DNA of 64,000 bases from Calcarisporiella thermophila CBS 279.70 (lineage: Eukaryota; Fungi; Calcarisporiellomycota): assembly GCF_041956535.1 (NCBI RefSeq), contig NW_027192207.1, forward strand, positions 276,454 to 340,453, written 5' to 3'. Shown piece after piece: positions 39,995 through 53,819 of the stretch (within the stretch, counting starts at the first letter, position 1; every line of letters starts with the position of its first letter). The position numbers and the translations under genes are program-made. A model generated the notes under the pieces. The model ran no database searches and had not been told where the DNA came from. It saw only the letters and a list, made by a program, of their open reading frames with translations.

Positions 39995-42686
39995 AGGCGT
40001 AATGCGGGAGAGTGAAAAGGGGAGGAATAATAAGGGTTGATGCACGGGGGTACAGAGATTAGCAAATGAGGAGCTGCTAGGATGGCGGCTGTTTAGAGTG
40101 TGGAAAAACAAAAAAGGAGAGGCGAAACTCAGGCATGCCCGATTTTTATATTAAGCGGTTTTGGGTCTTGGCTAAATGCTCGCTTTTAATTTAGCCAAGT
40201 TGCGTAAGCAGTTCCCTGGCAGCAGCCGACGCTTTTGACAGGCGTGCTTTCATGTGAAAATCCGGGCGCCGCTGATTGGGTGGGATCAGGCTACGTCGTG
40301 TTGGATCGAATTTCGGCACAGTCGGCCGGAGATCGGGACAGCGGCGGCTCGACTCATAGGGCAGGGTCGAGCCGACGAGTCCAACACTACAAGTGAGGAG
40401 GGAGCGCTGCGAGGGGGGAAAAGGGGCAACGGTTTCGTCCGGGCAGACCCTAGCACTCTCGGCCCTTCCTCGCCACGCTGCGTGATGGCAATCCATAATT
40501 AAGGTGCGAGTATCTACTCTTCGTTACCAATGGGAGGCCATTACGTCTACTTGTGCGCGCTGGGCCATTGGCCTTGGAGCCTTCGTCCACGTATTAACCA
40601 CCAAATTAAACGGAGCCGCACTTTCACATGAAATTTCTCGAGAATTCGACCGCGATCCACGCTGGATACGTGCCTCGACGAGGGCCAATCGCCAGCCCAG
40701 CCAGAGTGGGGACCAAGGAATGTTGACTTCCGTCACATCAAGGGTGCGGATTTGATTGGGTTTCGGAACGGGCGCGATGAGAGTTCATGAGCAAAGGCAC
40801 GCCCGAGCTCGAAAGAAGGTTGCCCCAAACATGTCGCTAGCAGCGCAGCATCGTGTCAGCCGGAGAAATTTCCTAATCGCGGCGGTTCCCTCTCGTCTCC
40901 GGCCCCATTTCTGGGCCCTCTGCGGCTGCTTTTGGGAGACTGAAAAACTTCTTGAATGGGCACGGTCGGAGATAGCTTATCTTAGCCCACCGCGAGGCTC
41001 AGCTTAGGGCAAGCGCGGCTTCTCGGTCCAGGAGCATGCAGCTTCCTCTTGCTAGACAATTGCGGGAGATCGTAGCCTTTTCTGAAAGAAACGTTTCATA
41101 CTATTCTTGCCTCGGGGCGGGGTTTGCATCAAATAGGCAAGGATTCATATTCGAATTTGAAACTTTCTTTGTCGATTGCTGGGCCGACTTGGAGGTCCGT
41201 CACGAGCTTGTGAAAATGTCTCGGCTGAAAAATGGCCATCGTCCAGGGCGAGGATTGATAATACGATTGAGAGACAACACCCTTTATGACCTGGCCCATC
41301 GAAACCGAGAGAGCCTGGCTGTGCTGCGCTTGGCTGGCCGCTCCCTTCCACATGGTTGCCTTTTGCAGATGTCAAAGAATTCGACTGAAACGTGCGCGGC
41401 GCTAATATGAAATGCTGCTCGATTCAGACAGCTGCGCCGCTATGAGCCTGTGAAAAAGATCCCGGCTGGTATCGAATAGACTGCGGACGGAGCCTGAGAT
41501 AAGGCACCTCTTGAGGATAAAACTATTTCAATTGGCCTGTAGAGCATGGAATTAGAAGTCAAAAGCGAAGTATCTCTGCACCCGAGCATTTGGCGTATCT
41601 TTGGCCGGTAGGGCGTGAAAGGGGGCCTAAGCAAGGCGCCCACCCTCTAGCGTGGCCACACAGGGGCATCGGCTAAATTGAGCGAGGCTTCTTCAGCATC
41701 ACTGGGAAGATATTTTTCCAGGATTTTGTAATGAAAAGGGTACCTCAAAACAGGTGATATCATTGGCCTACGCATCCATAGTAAAGGGGGTTTTATCCTA
41801 TTTAGAAGCGAATTTCTAACTAAGATCTTTATGGAAATCATGTTCTGATAGTCCTTCTCTCGATGGGCATACTTCATACCCTCTCTCCGGACATATGCTG
41901 TCGTCCTCGTGAGCTTTATTAAGGGTATTCACGCTTCTGGCTGCCTGGCCTACTATCCCTTGGGCTAGAGGGCAATAATGTATCGATATCCCGGCACACC
42001 AAGATGAAGTTAGGTCTAGTGTACTGACTAGCTTCCCAATTGAAAGAGGAGTTGTTCAGCTTCTTTATTTCATTGCATCTATCAGCAAAGGATGAGGTGA
42101 AGTCTTTCACAAGCCTAGTATATATTTCTATAGAGCACTGCATAGTCCATCTAAGATTGAACCATTATGGAGAGTTTGAAATTACCTATTTGCTACTTTC
42201 CATTCGTTATTACTATATACCTATTCTCAATCTGCTTGAAAAGGGTGCGGTACTTTTGTAGAAGATATCCTACTGTACCACAAGTTCAGACCCTTTTGTC
42301 TATATTAATCCGATCTCTTGGCACTTTGAAGCTCCTACTCCTTGCACTTTGGGAGAATGGGCCCATAGGGCAAAATACGATCTCCTCTTCAATCCACTCT
42401 CATCCCCAGATTTGCATGGCAAGAGCTCCAGGCAGCTCAGAAGATGTTCTAAAATAAAATAAGATATATATATTCAGGGATGAAGAAGAGAGTTTTTTTG
42501 GAAGAAGAAAAGGAAATATATAAAAAAGAAAAAGAATAGCCATGAAACATACAATTGAAAAAAAAAAATAAAACGGATAACAAAGAAATAGACAGAGCAC
42601 AGCTTTAACATCACTCAATTATTTCAGTTTGTATTCTGGTTATGGGTCATCCACCGCAGGGGAAGCGAAATAAAATAGCAATCCGT

Positions 42687-45600
42687 TTAAAGCTTCCCTT
42701 GCAAAATCAGCTCTATGCAATTATTGATATACTCCTTCTTGGGGGTCATGTCCACACCAAAGTAGGCGGAGAGCTCCTCTCGAACCTGTTTCTTGGTGAT
42801 CGACATCAAGTCGCTACTGCTGATGATCCGCCGGATCTGCTCCACGATGGCGTCGTCCGATGGCAAAGGCTGCTGCTGCTGCTGCTGGCCCATGTATCCG
42901 TCGATGAGCGAGAGCTGCATGCCACTTAGGGGACGCGTCGATCCAGCTCCTGTGCCGCCGTTGTAGTCGAGCTCGGAGGGGACACCCATGCCGGCCGAGC
43001 GGTCAAGCATCATGGAGCCGCGTTGGGACGCCATATCAGGGAAGAAGAGGTGTTGAGGAAGCTGGTGGTAAGAGGCCATGGACATACGATCGGCTTCGAG
43101 ACCGGCAGCAGGACCGGGAGACCGCGATCGGCTACGTCCAGCGCTGGCAACGGAGTTACGGTGCATGGCTCCCATGGCCATTGCAGGCGAGGGTATTCCC
43201 ATTTGGCTGGCCGCATAGTGCTCCTCATCCCCGATCACAGACCCCGCCATCGACCGCGAACCCCGCTTCGAGCCGGAGTATCCGCGGGTACGGTAGGACA
43301 CTTGGGTGCCGCCGCTCTCGTGGGAGGCAGCCGTTCCAACCTCCCACATGTCTTGCTCGTAGTCTGACCACTTCCTCAGCGGGATTTCACGGGGGTCGAA
43401 TTTCCCTTCATCGGTGACGACGAATTTCTTGCCCTTTTCACCCACCACCACGCGAGTGTTACCCCACGAGAAGTCGTCGAAATGCCAGAAGGAATACAGC
43501 GGAATGTAGAACGAGAATACGGGAATGGCGAAGATGTAGAAAATCATCCAGCCGATGTGCTCCCACTTGCGCCGCAAGAGGAAGATGATGGCCTGCAGAC
43601 CATACACGGCAGCCAGCATGATCAGCGACGTCATCACCACGAAGCCCTTCGAGGTTGCCGCCAGCACCACCAGGTACACCAGGTATATCACCATGGCAGG
43701 CATGATGAGCGTGGCAAACAAGTCCACGAACACGACGAACCGCATCGAGAAACAACAGAAACCACAGAGATGAGGGAGGAACATAAGCTCAGCCAAGTTG
43801 TGGATCGTCGAGTTGATCCAACGGCGACGCTGCGAAAGCAGCACAGACCAGCGGTCGGGTGCGTTCGTTCTGCACTGAGCATCGGGGATGAACCGCAGCT
43901 TGAACATCGGGAAATGCTTCATCATCAGAGTGGTCAAGTAACGATCTTCACCCAAGTGGAGCAAGTTCTTCTTGTGCAGGGTGTCCACGGAGTTCTCTCC
44001 ATAGTCGTCGATCATCTCGTTGCTCACGATCAACGGCTGTTGTTTCTCGGGCGTGCGGATGCGATACATACAGAAACAGCCGGGCAAGCAAGTGACGGAC
44101 CCAAACAGAGACTCGAAGGCCTTCGAGAGATGATGCGAAATATAGTACTCGTAGACCTGGATCATGGTCACCCAGCTGTCACGCTCGTTGGAAAGCATCG
44201 TCTCACCGCACAAGCCAATCACCCGCGTGTCATGGACAAAGGTCGATACTAGTCGGTTGAGCGAGTCGGGAAGCACCTCGGTATCGGCGTCCACCATCAA
44301 AATGAACTCGTAGAAGCTTGGGTTCACCCCGATCACATTCTTCATTTGATGATACACTTCGAGCTCAAGCGGCGCCATCTCCTTATTGTAGTGAACCTTG
44401 TTGAGGAACCGCATCAAGATCATCTGCGAATCGCGTTTGCCACGGTTGCCGGGACGCTGACGCTCGGTCGGCTTACCCACCTTGACGACGACAATATAGG
44501 GAACCACGTGACCATTGCATTCGTACAATCCTGAATAGACCTTGCCCATATTATGCTGCTTTGCGCCCTCACCCAATGACTGGAAGCTGAGAGGCTCAGG
44601 GTCGACGTTGGGATCCACTCCCAGAATGTCAAGGACGATGCGGGGGGTAGGGCGATCGTTGCCGGAACCAATAATCATACCATCGCAAATAATGAAGAGG
44701 AGTTTGCGCTTGTCATCGTAGCGGAGTGCTGCAAGAGAGTCGATGGTCTTTCGCAAAGACTCTTCACCTTCCGTGTAACAAGGGACTAGAGTAGCGCGAG
44801 AAAAAGGGTCAATTCCAGAGGTCACATAGAATTGGGCTGTAAACGAGTATTCATACCTTGGCAGATGATAAACCGGTCGTGTTCTTCAGGCTCTCTCCGC
44901 GAACCCAACTGCAATGCCGCCAAGAATTTAAAGATGATGATGGACACCATCATGAGTGAGATGGCGAGCAACAAGTAGGTGCCAAACAGACACCGCGCCG
45001 AGCTTCGATTATCTACCACACCCACGAAGAACAAGTTGCGTAGACACACCCGTTGCCAAAGCTTTTCCCGGTCGGGCAAAGGCAGAGAGTCAAAATATTT
45101 GGTCACATCCTCTCCGGCCGATTTCTGGAACAGTTCCGTCACTTTAATATGCATAAATTCCGTTTCACCAATAGGGGCCGTCTGACCGGGAGGGGCTCGA
45201 TTCTTTCGGCCACCTTTGATATACTCCGTCATGTCATATACTGCATTGTCGATGACGGCCCAACGCCGGAGTTTATTGGGGTCGATGGCCTGATCTCGGA
45301 TGGCGTCCATAGAGTAGGCCATGTATCCGACACGATATTTCTTGCGCATCATCTCCATCTGGTTCCAATACCAGTCGCGCCTGAAATCTTCCGTAAAATA
45401 CCGGAAGTCATGGTAACGAGCGATTGGGTTTGTATAATTGAGGTTGGCGTCGAGTGGAACAGAATCATCCACCGAGCCCGTCACACCCTGGCATAGTGCG
45501 CTAACTTGCACAGGGAATATGTCCGAGGCATCCTTCCCCGCAAAGTTCAAGACTTCTTTCTGTGGAATTAGCGAAGGGGCCCAATGATTCGGAGCAAAAC

Positions 45601-48479
45601 GCCCTAGATCGAATACTTCTCCACGGATCGCAGTGAATTTTTCAGAGGAGTCGGAGGGAAATTGTAGTTCGTTGGGAGAAAAGACGTTTTGTTTCGGGCA
45701 GATGATCTTGTCCAAGCCAATGATGAAGAAGAGCTGGAGAGCGCATATAAAGAAAATGAGTATACACAACGCGACCTTCTCGCGCCAGGCGATTTGGATA
45801 TCGGGCCGTTTCTTCCCGCACGAGACAAGGCAGTAATTGGAGAAGGGCCAGGTCAAAAACCAGACGAGGGCAAGCCAGCGCTTGCGAGCCCCAGACATCT
45901 CAGCCACCTCCTCAAGCGTTTCATCGGGCGGAGGTTGTCCATCGGCAAGCATCGTCTTCATCTCCATTTCATTGAAGCCCAGGGAAACATACATATCCGA
46001 GCCATAGTTGGACTCGTTGTCGTTGTAGCGATCCGGATAAAATTCCTCCTCGGAGAGATATGACTGCACGTCCTCTCCGGTGTAGAGTGAACGCCCGTCA
46101 GAAACAGCTCCACCCTCCTGTCGTGGGTGTCCCGTTGTTTCTGACAGATATTCGCCCTCCTTGTCGAGCTTATCCTCTTTGGCGCGTCGCTGCTCGTCCT
46201 TGTCGATGTTCCGCAAATTATCCTCCAAGTCCCTCCACGACTTCTCGTTCAAAAATACCTTTGCATTGCCAACCGCCATGGCATCGGCAGCCCATCCGAA
46301 AATCGTGCGAGCTGCTTCACATTTCTCACGTAGGCTCCGGTTTTGCTCGATACCCAGAGGGTTAAGAACTGGCGAGTACCGCTCGAAAAACTCAGCATGG
46401 GTAAATGATATGGTATAATTCACCTTCAGTCGCTTTGCAATATCCACGAGACCAAGCACCCGAACTTGAGATTTCACTTTCTTGGCGTCAAACATGTTAG
46501 GCTGCCCATTATTGTTAGGCCGGATGCAAAACACAAGCCAGTTGGTGGTTTCGGATAGCGTGGTTGCTAGGTCATCGAGGGCACCGCGAAGTTGTGTAGC
46601 CACACATCTCATCGTTGGCTTGTCTTGCGCATCGGCTCCTCCCTCATTGGTCCCCTCCTTCTTCTTTGGGCGTCGCATTGAAGGGGCTCTTGTTGGAGCG
46701 GCAGACTGCTGTGCACTAACAATCGTGTTTTCATTACGTGGATGGGCCTGAGTAGCAAGAGCCTTCCCACGGAACAATTCCGAGATGAATGAGTTGCTTG
46801 TGGGCTTGATATCACTTCCACCACGGAAGAGCGCGATGAAATCGCCCCCTAGCATATCCAAGTTCATCTCGGTAAAACCGTCGATCGTGTAGTTAACTTG
46901 TCCTGCAAAGTGGCGGACGCTGAAAGAGTGTGACGTCTGCGTGTAGGTCCTCTTGCTAATGTTGGAAATATAGGTGGAATAGGAGGTGCATGTTTTATCG
47001 AATGCTTCCACAAGTGCCGAATCAGTTTTGGGGCCTTTGCCAGAAAATTGCTCATCCATAACCTTGACGATCCCATTTGACAGCATCTCCAAGCATTCCG
47101 AGTTGTCAGTGTAGGGCACCTTGGCCACCGACTGGACGCCATCCTGCTCGAATTCTCCCACATTGAAGAGGTGCTGGCGCACAATGGAGTGGAGGCGCTC
47201 GTTAGCAAAATTAACGCAGAATTGATCGAACAGATTCTTCTCATGACTCTGAAAACCGGGGAGATCCACAATGCCTATAAAGCTTGCAAACTCATCCCGA
47301 CAGAACTTGACGTTGATCTGCTCGACAATCCAGCTAAACAGGAGGGAATAGAGCGCCTTTGCGAGACTATCACGATGGGCGGCAGCCTGTTCAGCATTGA
47401 GAAACACAGTGGTCACGTCTTTCTTGATCATTTCTGTCTTATACGTGAGCACTGTCTCGAGCGCTTTCGTCTCGAGCCCAAGCAAATCAGCAGCAATGGA
47501 GAGGGTTTCCACGTTTTTGATCTGTGCTGATTCCTGCGTGTTCGATGAGACATCAAAGAATATCAAATTCCCGAGATGTAGGATAGCAGCGAGCAATTGC
47601 ATCACTTGGAATATTTGTTTGCTCCTAAATCCACACGACTTCATTGCTGTTCGAAGCTGGCCAAAGTTTTCTGCATCATCTATGGATGGGACATGTGTCA
47701 ATTGGCCCATGCTCGTGTAGCGGAAGGTGGATGCATCACCGAGTTGGAGATGCGATTGTTCGTCGGGCGACGAGCCAGCAAGGAGATAGTAAAATACATT
47801 AAAATTGCGCTCATGGAGGGGCACCGACACCACACGTGATCGCTCCAGTAGATAATCGAGGGTCTTAGCCCCCACCATGCGGCCGCGTTCATTAAAGAGC
47901 ACTTCGACATATCGACCAAAACGCGAGGCACCGTCATTGATGATGGTTTTAGCATTGCCGAAAGACTCCAGCACAAAGGCAGAATTAACCACATGCCCGG
48001 GAATCTTGGAGGGTTTTTTATGCCCCGTACTAAGAGCCCCGAGGTGGTGGAGAATATGGTTAAATGTTTTCGACTTCCCACTGCCGCTTTCACCACTAAT
48101 TTCAAGATAATTAGGTGAGTTGAGTCAAAAGAATGCAAATAATTTCGAGGAGTAAAAACCTGAGTATGATCGCTTGGTCAAGCCCAGTTCGACGCATATG
48201 TAGATAGGCATGTGATGTAAGCTTGAATATGTGTGGAGGGAGTTCATTGCGCTGCCCCGATGTGTCTTTATAGTCTGCTACATAGTCTTGACTTGCAGAG
48301 TCCAGCAGGCCAGGGAGATCTTTGTATGGGTTCACCACGACGAGGGCGACGTCGCTTAATGCTGTGTACACCGCATCCTGCTGGAATCGCTCTCGAAGAT
48401 TAGACACAATGTCATCCTCCGTGTGTGAATTAAGCTGACAGAGGTCAGGGTTTTGCTCGTAGGATTTACGTTTTCCCAT
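42687..48479 (-). CDS. chsV: Class V chitin synthase with N-terminal myosin motor, cytochrome-b5-like and DEK_C domains
   Basis: GESGSGKS P-loop, [22 protein letters not shown]-terminal [14 protein letters not shown]; two coding introns. Confidence 0.96.
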
Positions 48480-49036
48480 CTTGGGGAATCTAGGATGCTA
48501 TTAATGCTGTACACAAGTCAGTTAGCACAAATGGACGGGAGTGGACGGAATCCCACTAATCTCAATGCGGTACCTTTGCGATGAGAGAGAAAGTAGTGGA
48601 GGAGTAGGGCGAATTAAATGATGTTGAAGAGACTTTTTTTTGGGTCAGAGAAGAAAAATGAGAATCATGAAAGAGGAGACTATATGGATGAAGAGATATA
48701 GGAAGTAAGGTTTGAAAAAGTCAAAATAATAGAATTAAGTGTGAGGCGATAGGAGGGTATCAATTAATCCTCGCAAGTGATGTCTTAAGTTATTCTCGAT
48801 GGATATGAATTGGAAGAAGAAACAGGGAGATAAAATAGGTGAACAGAGCATCCATGCCAGTGCGCTTATTCGTGCATTTTATCTATTTTTATTTTATGAT
48901 ATGCGCATTTTCTGAAACCCAGTCAAGGAGGCGGAGGAAATTGGTGAAAGGGGAAATAGTGCGAGGTAAAACCAAATTTACACAACAACAAATAAGTTAT
49001 ATAAATAGCTACTCTAGGCAAGGGGTTATCCAAAAT

Positions 49037-52000
49037 CTAATCATCATCATGATGCTCATCCTGCTGCTGCTTCGCCCTCTCTAGCTTCGCCAGCATCTCC
49101 TCATACATGATAGAATTCAGGATCTCGTAGTCGAGCACTCTCTGTTCCTCTGAGATGGGCATCACTTCGGCTCTGCTGTTGCTTTCACTGATTCTCAGAG
49201 ATTCCTGGTTCTCGGCGTGTTTTTCCTCATTATACGATAAATGGGTCATGAGCACACACTCTCCAACTAGCAACTTCACCATTTCACGCAGAGTATCCAG
49301 CCGTTCGATCACCTCCTCGAATGACGCACTACATGAGTACCAAAAAAGGCGGCGATACAGCGAAGTGGTTTGGTTTGGATCCTCATGGAGTCGGATCTCA
49401 CGGTGAATACGTTGACGTGCTATACGAGGCGAAGGAATAACGGGGGGAAGGGGTGCCTAATGCATGCGCAATAACATTTGTTTAATTTCAATAAAAAAAT
49501 TATACCCACATTAATATACACATACCTTTGCTGTAAGAGATGCACCCAATATGTGAAAATTAAGGGTGAGAGCAGAGTTCTGGAGAGGGGGAAGGAAGAA
49601 AAATGTTAACAGAATTTCCCGGAATAATAAAAACTGAATATATCTTACCAAACTATGGCGGTATCGATTGACAAAGGTCATTTGGTCCATTGGAATGAGC
49701 GGTTGAACATTTTCTGATAAATATCGTATGGATACAAATCTATCGAGTATATCCTGGCAATTCTGGATAATATCGGCGTATATCTTTATAGGAAAAGGGC
49801 CTTTAAGCCTCGGCTCTCGCTCGCTCATCGTAAGTAGCGCACGAGCTCTTGCAAGATCTTTAAGTAGTTTACTCGTCACTGTGTCTACTTCAGCTTTCCT
49901 TGGTCTCGTCTCGTCATAGATATAGCATACTATATAGGAGGAATAAAGCGCGCCTAGTGCTAGTAAATGTTTGCCAAGCAGCTTGCGTAGATGCTTCCTA
50001 TAGGGTTGAGGAGGCGGTCAATTGGCCGAATAACAGCTATTCGTCAATAGATTCACTGACCTTGCAACAAATGGCCACCAGAGCGAATTGACAATAAACC
50101 CGGCTAGGATACCAATGGAAAATAAGCAGATACGCTGATAGGCTATCTCCAATACACTACTTTGCTGGTGATATTGCATCAGAATAACGGTGGTGAAAGA
50201 TAATAAATTAATGAGAGCGAAGCGTCCCCATTGTGGGCTGACGATGATCAGATACCATGAGGGTACAACTAGCGTAGAGAATCTCTCGTTAATGACTACA
50301 AAATATAATGTCTGGAATGTTTCCACAAACAACTCACTTAGGATCTGGCCTAAGATCATGACGACAACCGGGTTCCCACTCCCAATGTAATACAAGACGA
50401 CCGCCCAAAATACACCAAAGATCGATCCAATCAACCGGACCAATCCGCTTAGTATAGTATCACCAACCGAGGGTGAAATCACCAAAAGAAACGCTATTGC
50501 GGCCCAATACCCATGAATGTTCAAGAATGTGGCCATAAAAGAGTCGGTGAATGCAGGCGAAAGAAGGGCAAGCACGGTAACGGTGGATTTAATGGTGAAA
50601 CGAACTTTGACACCCGAAAGAAACCGTCCGACTGCAACGATCTGCTGGCGTAACGAGGATTCCACTGGGGAGCTAATGCTCTCTATTTCTTCGGCGGGCC
50701 TCGGCTCTTGCATCACGCCCACTCGCTGAAGGAAAGCAGTGGTGTCCTCCTCGTATTCAGCTAATAAATATAAAATGTCGGTGTAAATGCTCATAAACAA
50801 CGTATGAAGTTGTATCATATACCAGCTGTAGGGCCATCGCAATCCAACCTCTTCTCCTGGTGCGTATTTTTCATCCACTTTCGATATACCCATCTGGGGA
50901 AAAATATCCTTTTCTTTGCATAAGCCATCGTCGAATTTTTATTACCGGCGCCTTCTTCGATTTGTCGGGAGCCAATACTTCCGACGCCGCGTTTCGCTTG
51001 GAGAGTTTCGATGCGCCGGAACAGTTCAAGAATAGATCTAGCAAGATCCCTCATACTAGCCATGAAAAAGAAAACGAGCAAGATCTCTTCCCGGGGACCG
51101 ACATCCACCCCCTCAATGTGCTGAAGCGCTTCGGTCTCCCGCTCGTCAAACTGCCGAATGGCTTCGCTCAACCGCATAGAAACTTCGTGTACATCGATAT
51201 CAGAGATCCTCTCGGAGGTTCGATGTCTTCGGACGTTTAAACTTTTGAGGTATTTCAAGAGCCAGCCTGCCCTGTTTCTCATTTTTTCCTGCTTTCGAAT
51301 TTCGGCATTGGATGCGTCTGCCTGTGGGCATTCGACATCATAACAGACACAGATGTGTGTACGCGCCTTGGATAAGCTGTCGCAGCACACAGTACATAAC
51401 TCCTCGATCGGGCCCCTGACGATTTTTAGTATAGTCAGGAAATAATCCTTATCTCCCTGAGTAATTTCTTTGTCGGGGATGTGAATGGAAGGTGGCCGCG
51501 ATGAGGGTCGCGAGCCAGTCGCACCATGAAAAGGAACATAGGGAGCGTATTTAGCACTGACAATGTTATCGTTTTCTTGGGTAAGAAGTGTTCGACTAGC
51601 GCGACGGGCTGCGAGGAGAAGATTCTCGTTCTAATGAAAAAAAAAGGTAAAGTAAGCATTCATGAGCCGGTAGAAAAGTGGATCTTACTTGGATTGTCAA
51701 AGCAAGACTTGACCCGTGATTAGTCAGGGTCTCTAGCAAACCTTTGAAAGATTTGAGATCTTCTGGGCGGAGATGCCCGTAAATGATTTCGCGTTTAGCT
51801 GCAGCATAGGCGGCTTTAACTCTATTGACAGAACCTATGGAATAATATTCGAATAAGCCAAGAAAGAGTTAATTGTGTTTACAACATTCCTTGTATCACC
51901 TCGTAGCTTCGCTAAGGAAGCTGAAATTTCGCTTGAATTGATCCCCTCCGCATCTGCCTTCATTAAAAACTTGGTAACGCTAAGGTTGATAAGCTTTTCT

Positions 52001-52913
52001 AGGTCCACAAAGCAATTCAAGAAATCACGACTATATAAATATGCATATGTGTCTTGAGTCTTTCGCAATAATTCAAGTTTTCATTGGAGTATACCCTAGA
52101 TTTTTGTAAGCTGTTTCCGGGAGAATTAGGAAGTTGACAGCCAGACTCACGGCAAGGCCGATGAGTAGCGGTATGGCAATATTAGCGATGTATCGAGGTT
52201 CGAAGACAGTGGCATCGGGGTGGGACATTACTGGAATGGCGGAGCTCATTACTAGGAACACACTAAATATCATGAACTCACCTAAATCACGATATAATTA
52301 TTAAAATAGCAAGCAGAGATAAAAGAAAGTGCTAATAATGACCATTGGCTGCACGAAGATAATGTGAAATAACTAATGACACTGCAATAAATGCAAGGCC
52401 AATGCCCCGCCCCCCCTTGTCTCCTTCTGCTAAATGTAGTGCATTGTAAGTGGTTGAGGCGGCAATGCTACTAGAGGAGAAGATAAGCCCGATGGCTACC
52501 CCCGTAATAAAGTAAGTGGCGAGCCAGATATGCGCACCGAGAGTCCTACCGGGATGAAGTAGCCCTATTTAAAACAAAATAACGAAGAGGGCAGAAGTCA
52601 AACTCGGTAAAGATTTGACAGATTGTATTCATTTTTCAAATAAAAGGTGGGAATATGTACCTGCACTGACAGGCAATAAACTGTATGAAGCAGTGACGCT
52701 CACAATTAGAGGTGAATATGCAATGATAATGGCTATGTCAAATGCAATGATTCCCTTTATGATATATTTGCAATTGGTGTAAGTGAGTGAACGGAGAAAA
52801 TCATCCCAGAGGATCTGTAGCTTTGTGTTTTTCTTTTTTATAACTATGGTGGGGTCAGCATTATTGATTTCGACATTGTTGCTTTTACGTATATTCGTTG
52901 CATTGGCATCCAT
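49037..52913 (-). CDS. FUSC/ArAE_2 family (Bre4-like) multi-pass membrane protein, multi-exon
   Basis: LLHPGR, SLAVNFLILPET, YWAAIAFLLVISPSVGDT, RLIGSIFG, VNSLWWPFVAR, EPRLKGPFP. Confidence 0.8.
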
Positions 52914-53819
52914 AATGTGATAATTGACTAATTACATTTCATAATCAAAGAATGGTGCGCCTTATCGTTTTTCCTAAAATACGGTTTTTAGCGCTCCGGT
53001 TAATCAATTTCATCAATTTGGTTCAACCCCGGCACAACCCAAGCCCCCTGGGCCTAATGCGCGAGCTCTACATATTGGTTCTGATATTGATAATACATCA
53101 CTGCAGAATATAATGTGATGCCGCAGGTAAACTTTGTATAGCGCCATTCAGAAACGCCTAGGATGGTTCACTTCTAGAAGAATCCAGGCACAAATAAAAC
53201 CTTTAGCTTTACTTGATATCCGACAATAAGAATAGACGACACTCGGAAATGTATATTCCTAATAGAAAAGAAGCAATAATTGTAGAAATAAGAGTTAAAG
53301 AGGAAATTTTTGGTAAGAGTTCATGAATCAAACGTAAATTATAGCTTTGGACTTTCGAGACTATCCAGGTTCAAAAAAGGAGCGGGAAGCGGGAAGCAAG
53401 GGAACTTGAGAGGAAGGTAAATGCGTCCGACACAGTTGCCGAAAATGTCAAGTAATTTAAGTAACTTATTCGAACCCAAATCTGCCACTACTATGAATGC
53501 TTTCATTCCCATCTAAGCCACCAATTTACGAATGGTCCAGCTAGGAAGTTTCTTTAAATTTGATATCATCGCAAAGCAATCTTGGGAGGACATCAAGTTG
53601 TGGGCATAGCACTGAATTTTGTGAACATCGTATTTTCTGCCCATTACAATCAAGATATAATCCGTTGTCCAGATAATATTTAATATCAATTTCGTTACTT
53701 TACCACATCGGTGCTTGTCATCAGGGCTCGATTCTTAAATTGCCATTCAACAGAGGATCGAAGGATCCTTCCCCTCTTCCCCTTCAAGACTAGCCAGCTG
53801 ATACACTTAATAGGCTGAA

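Noticed and set aside
43482-44252. Long antisense ORFs over chitin synthase (similar ones over MYO2)
   Set aside because: Shadow ORFs from codon bias of the real gene; no protein motifs
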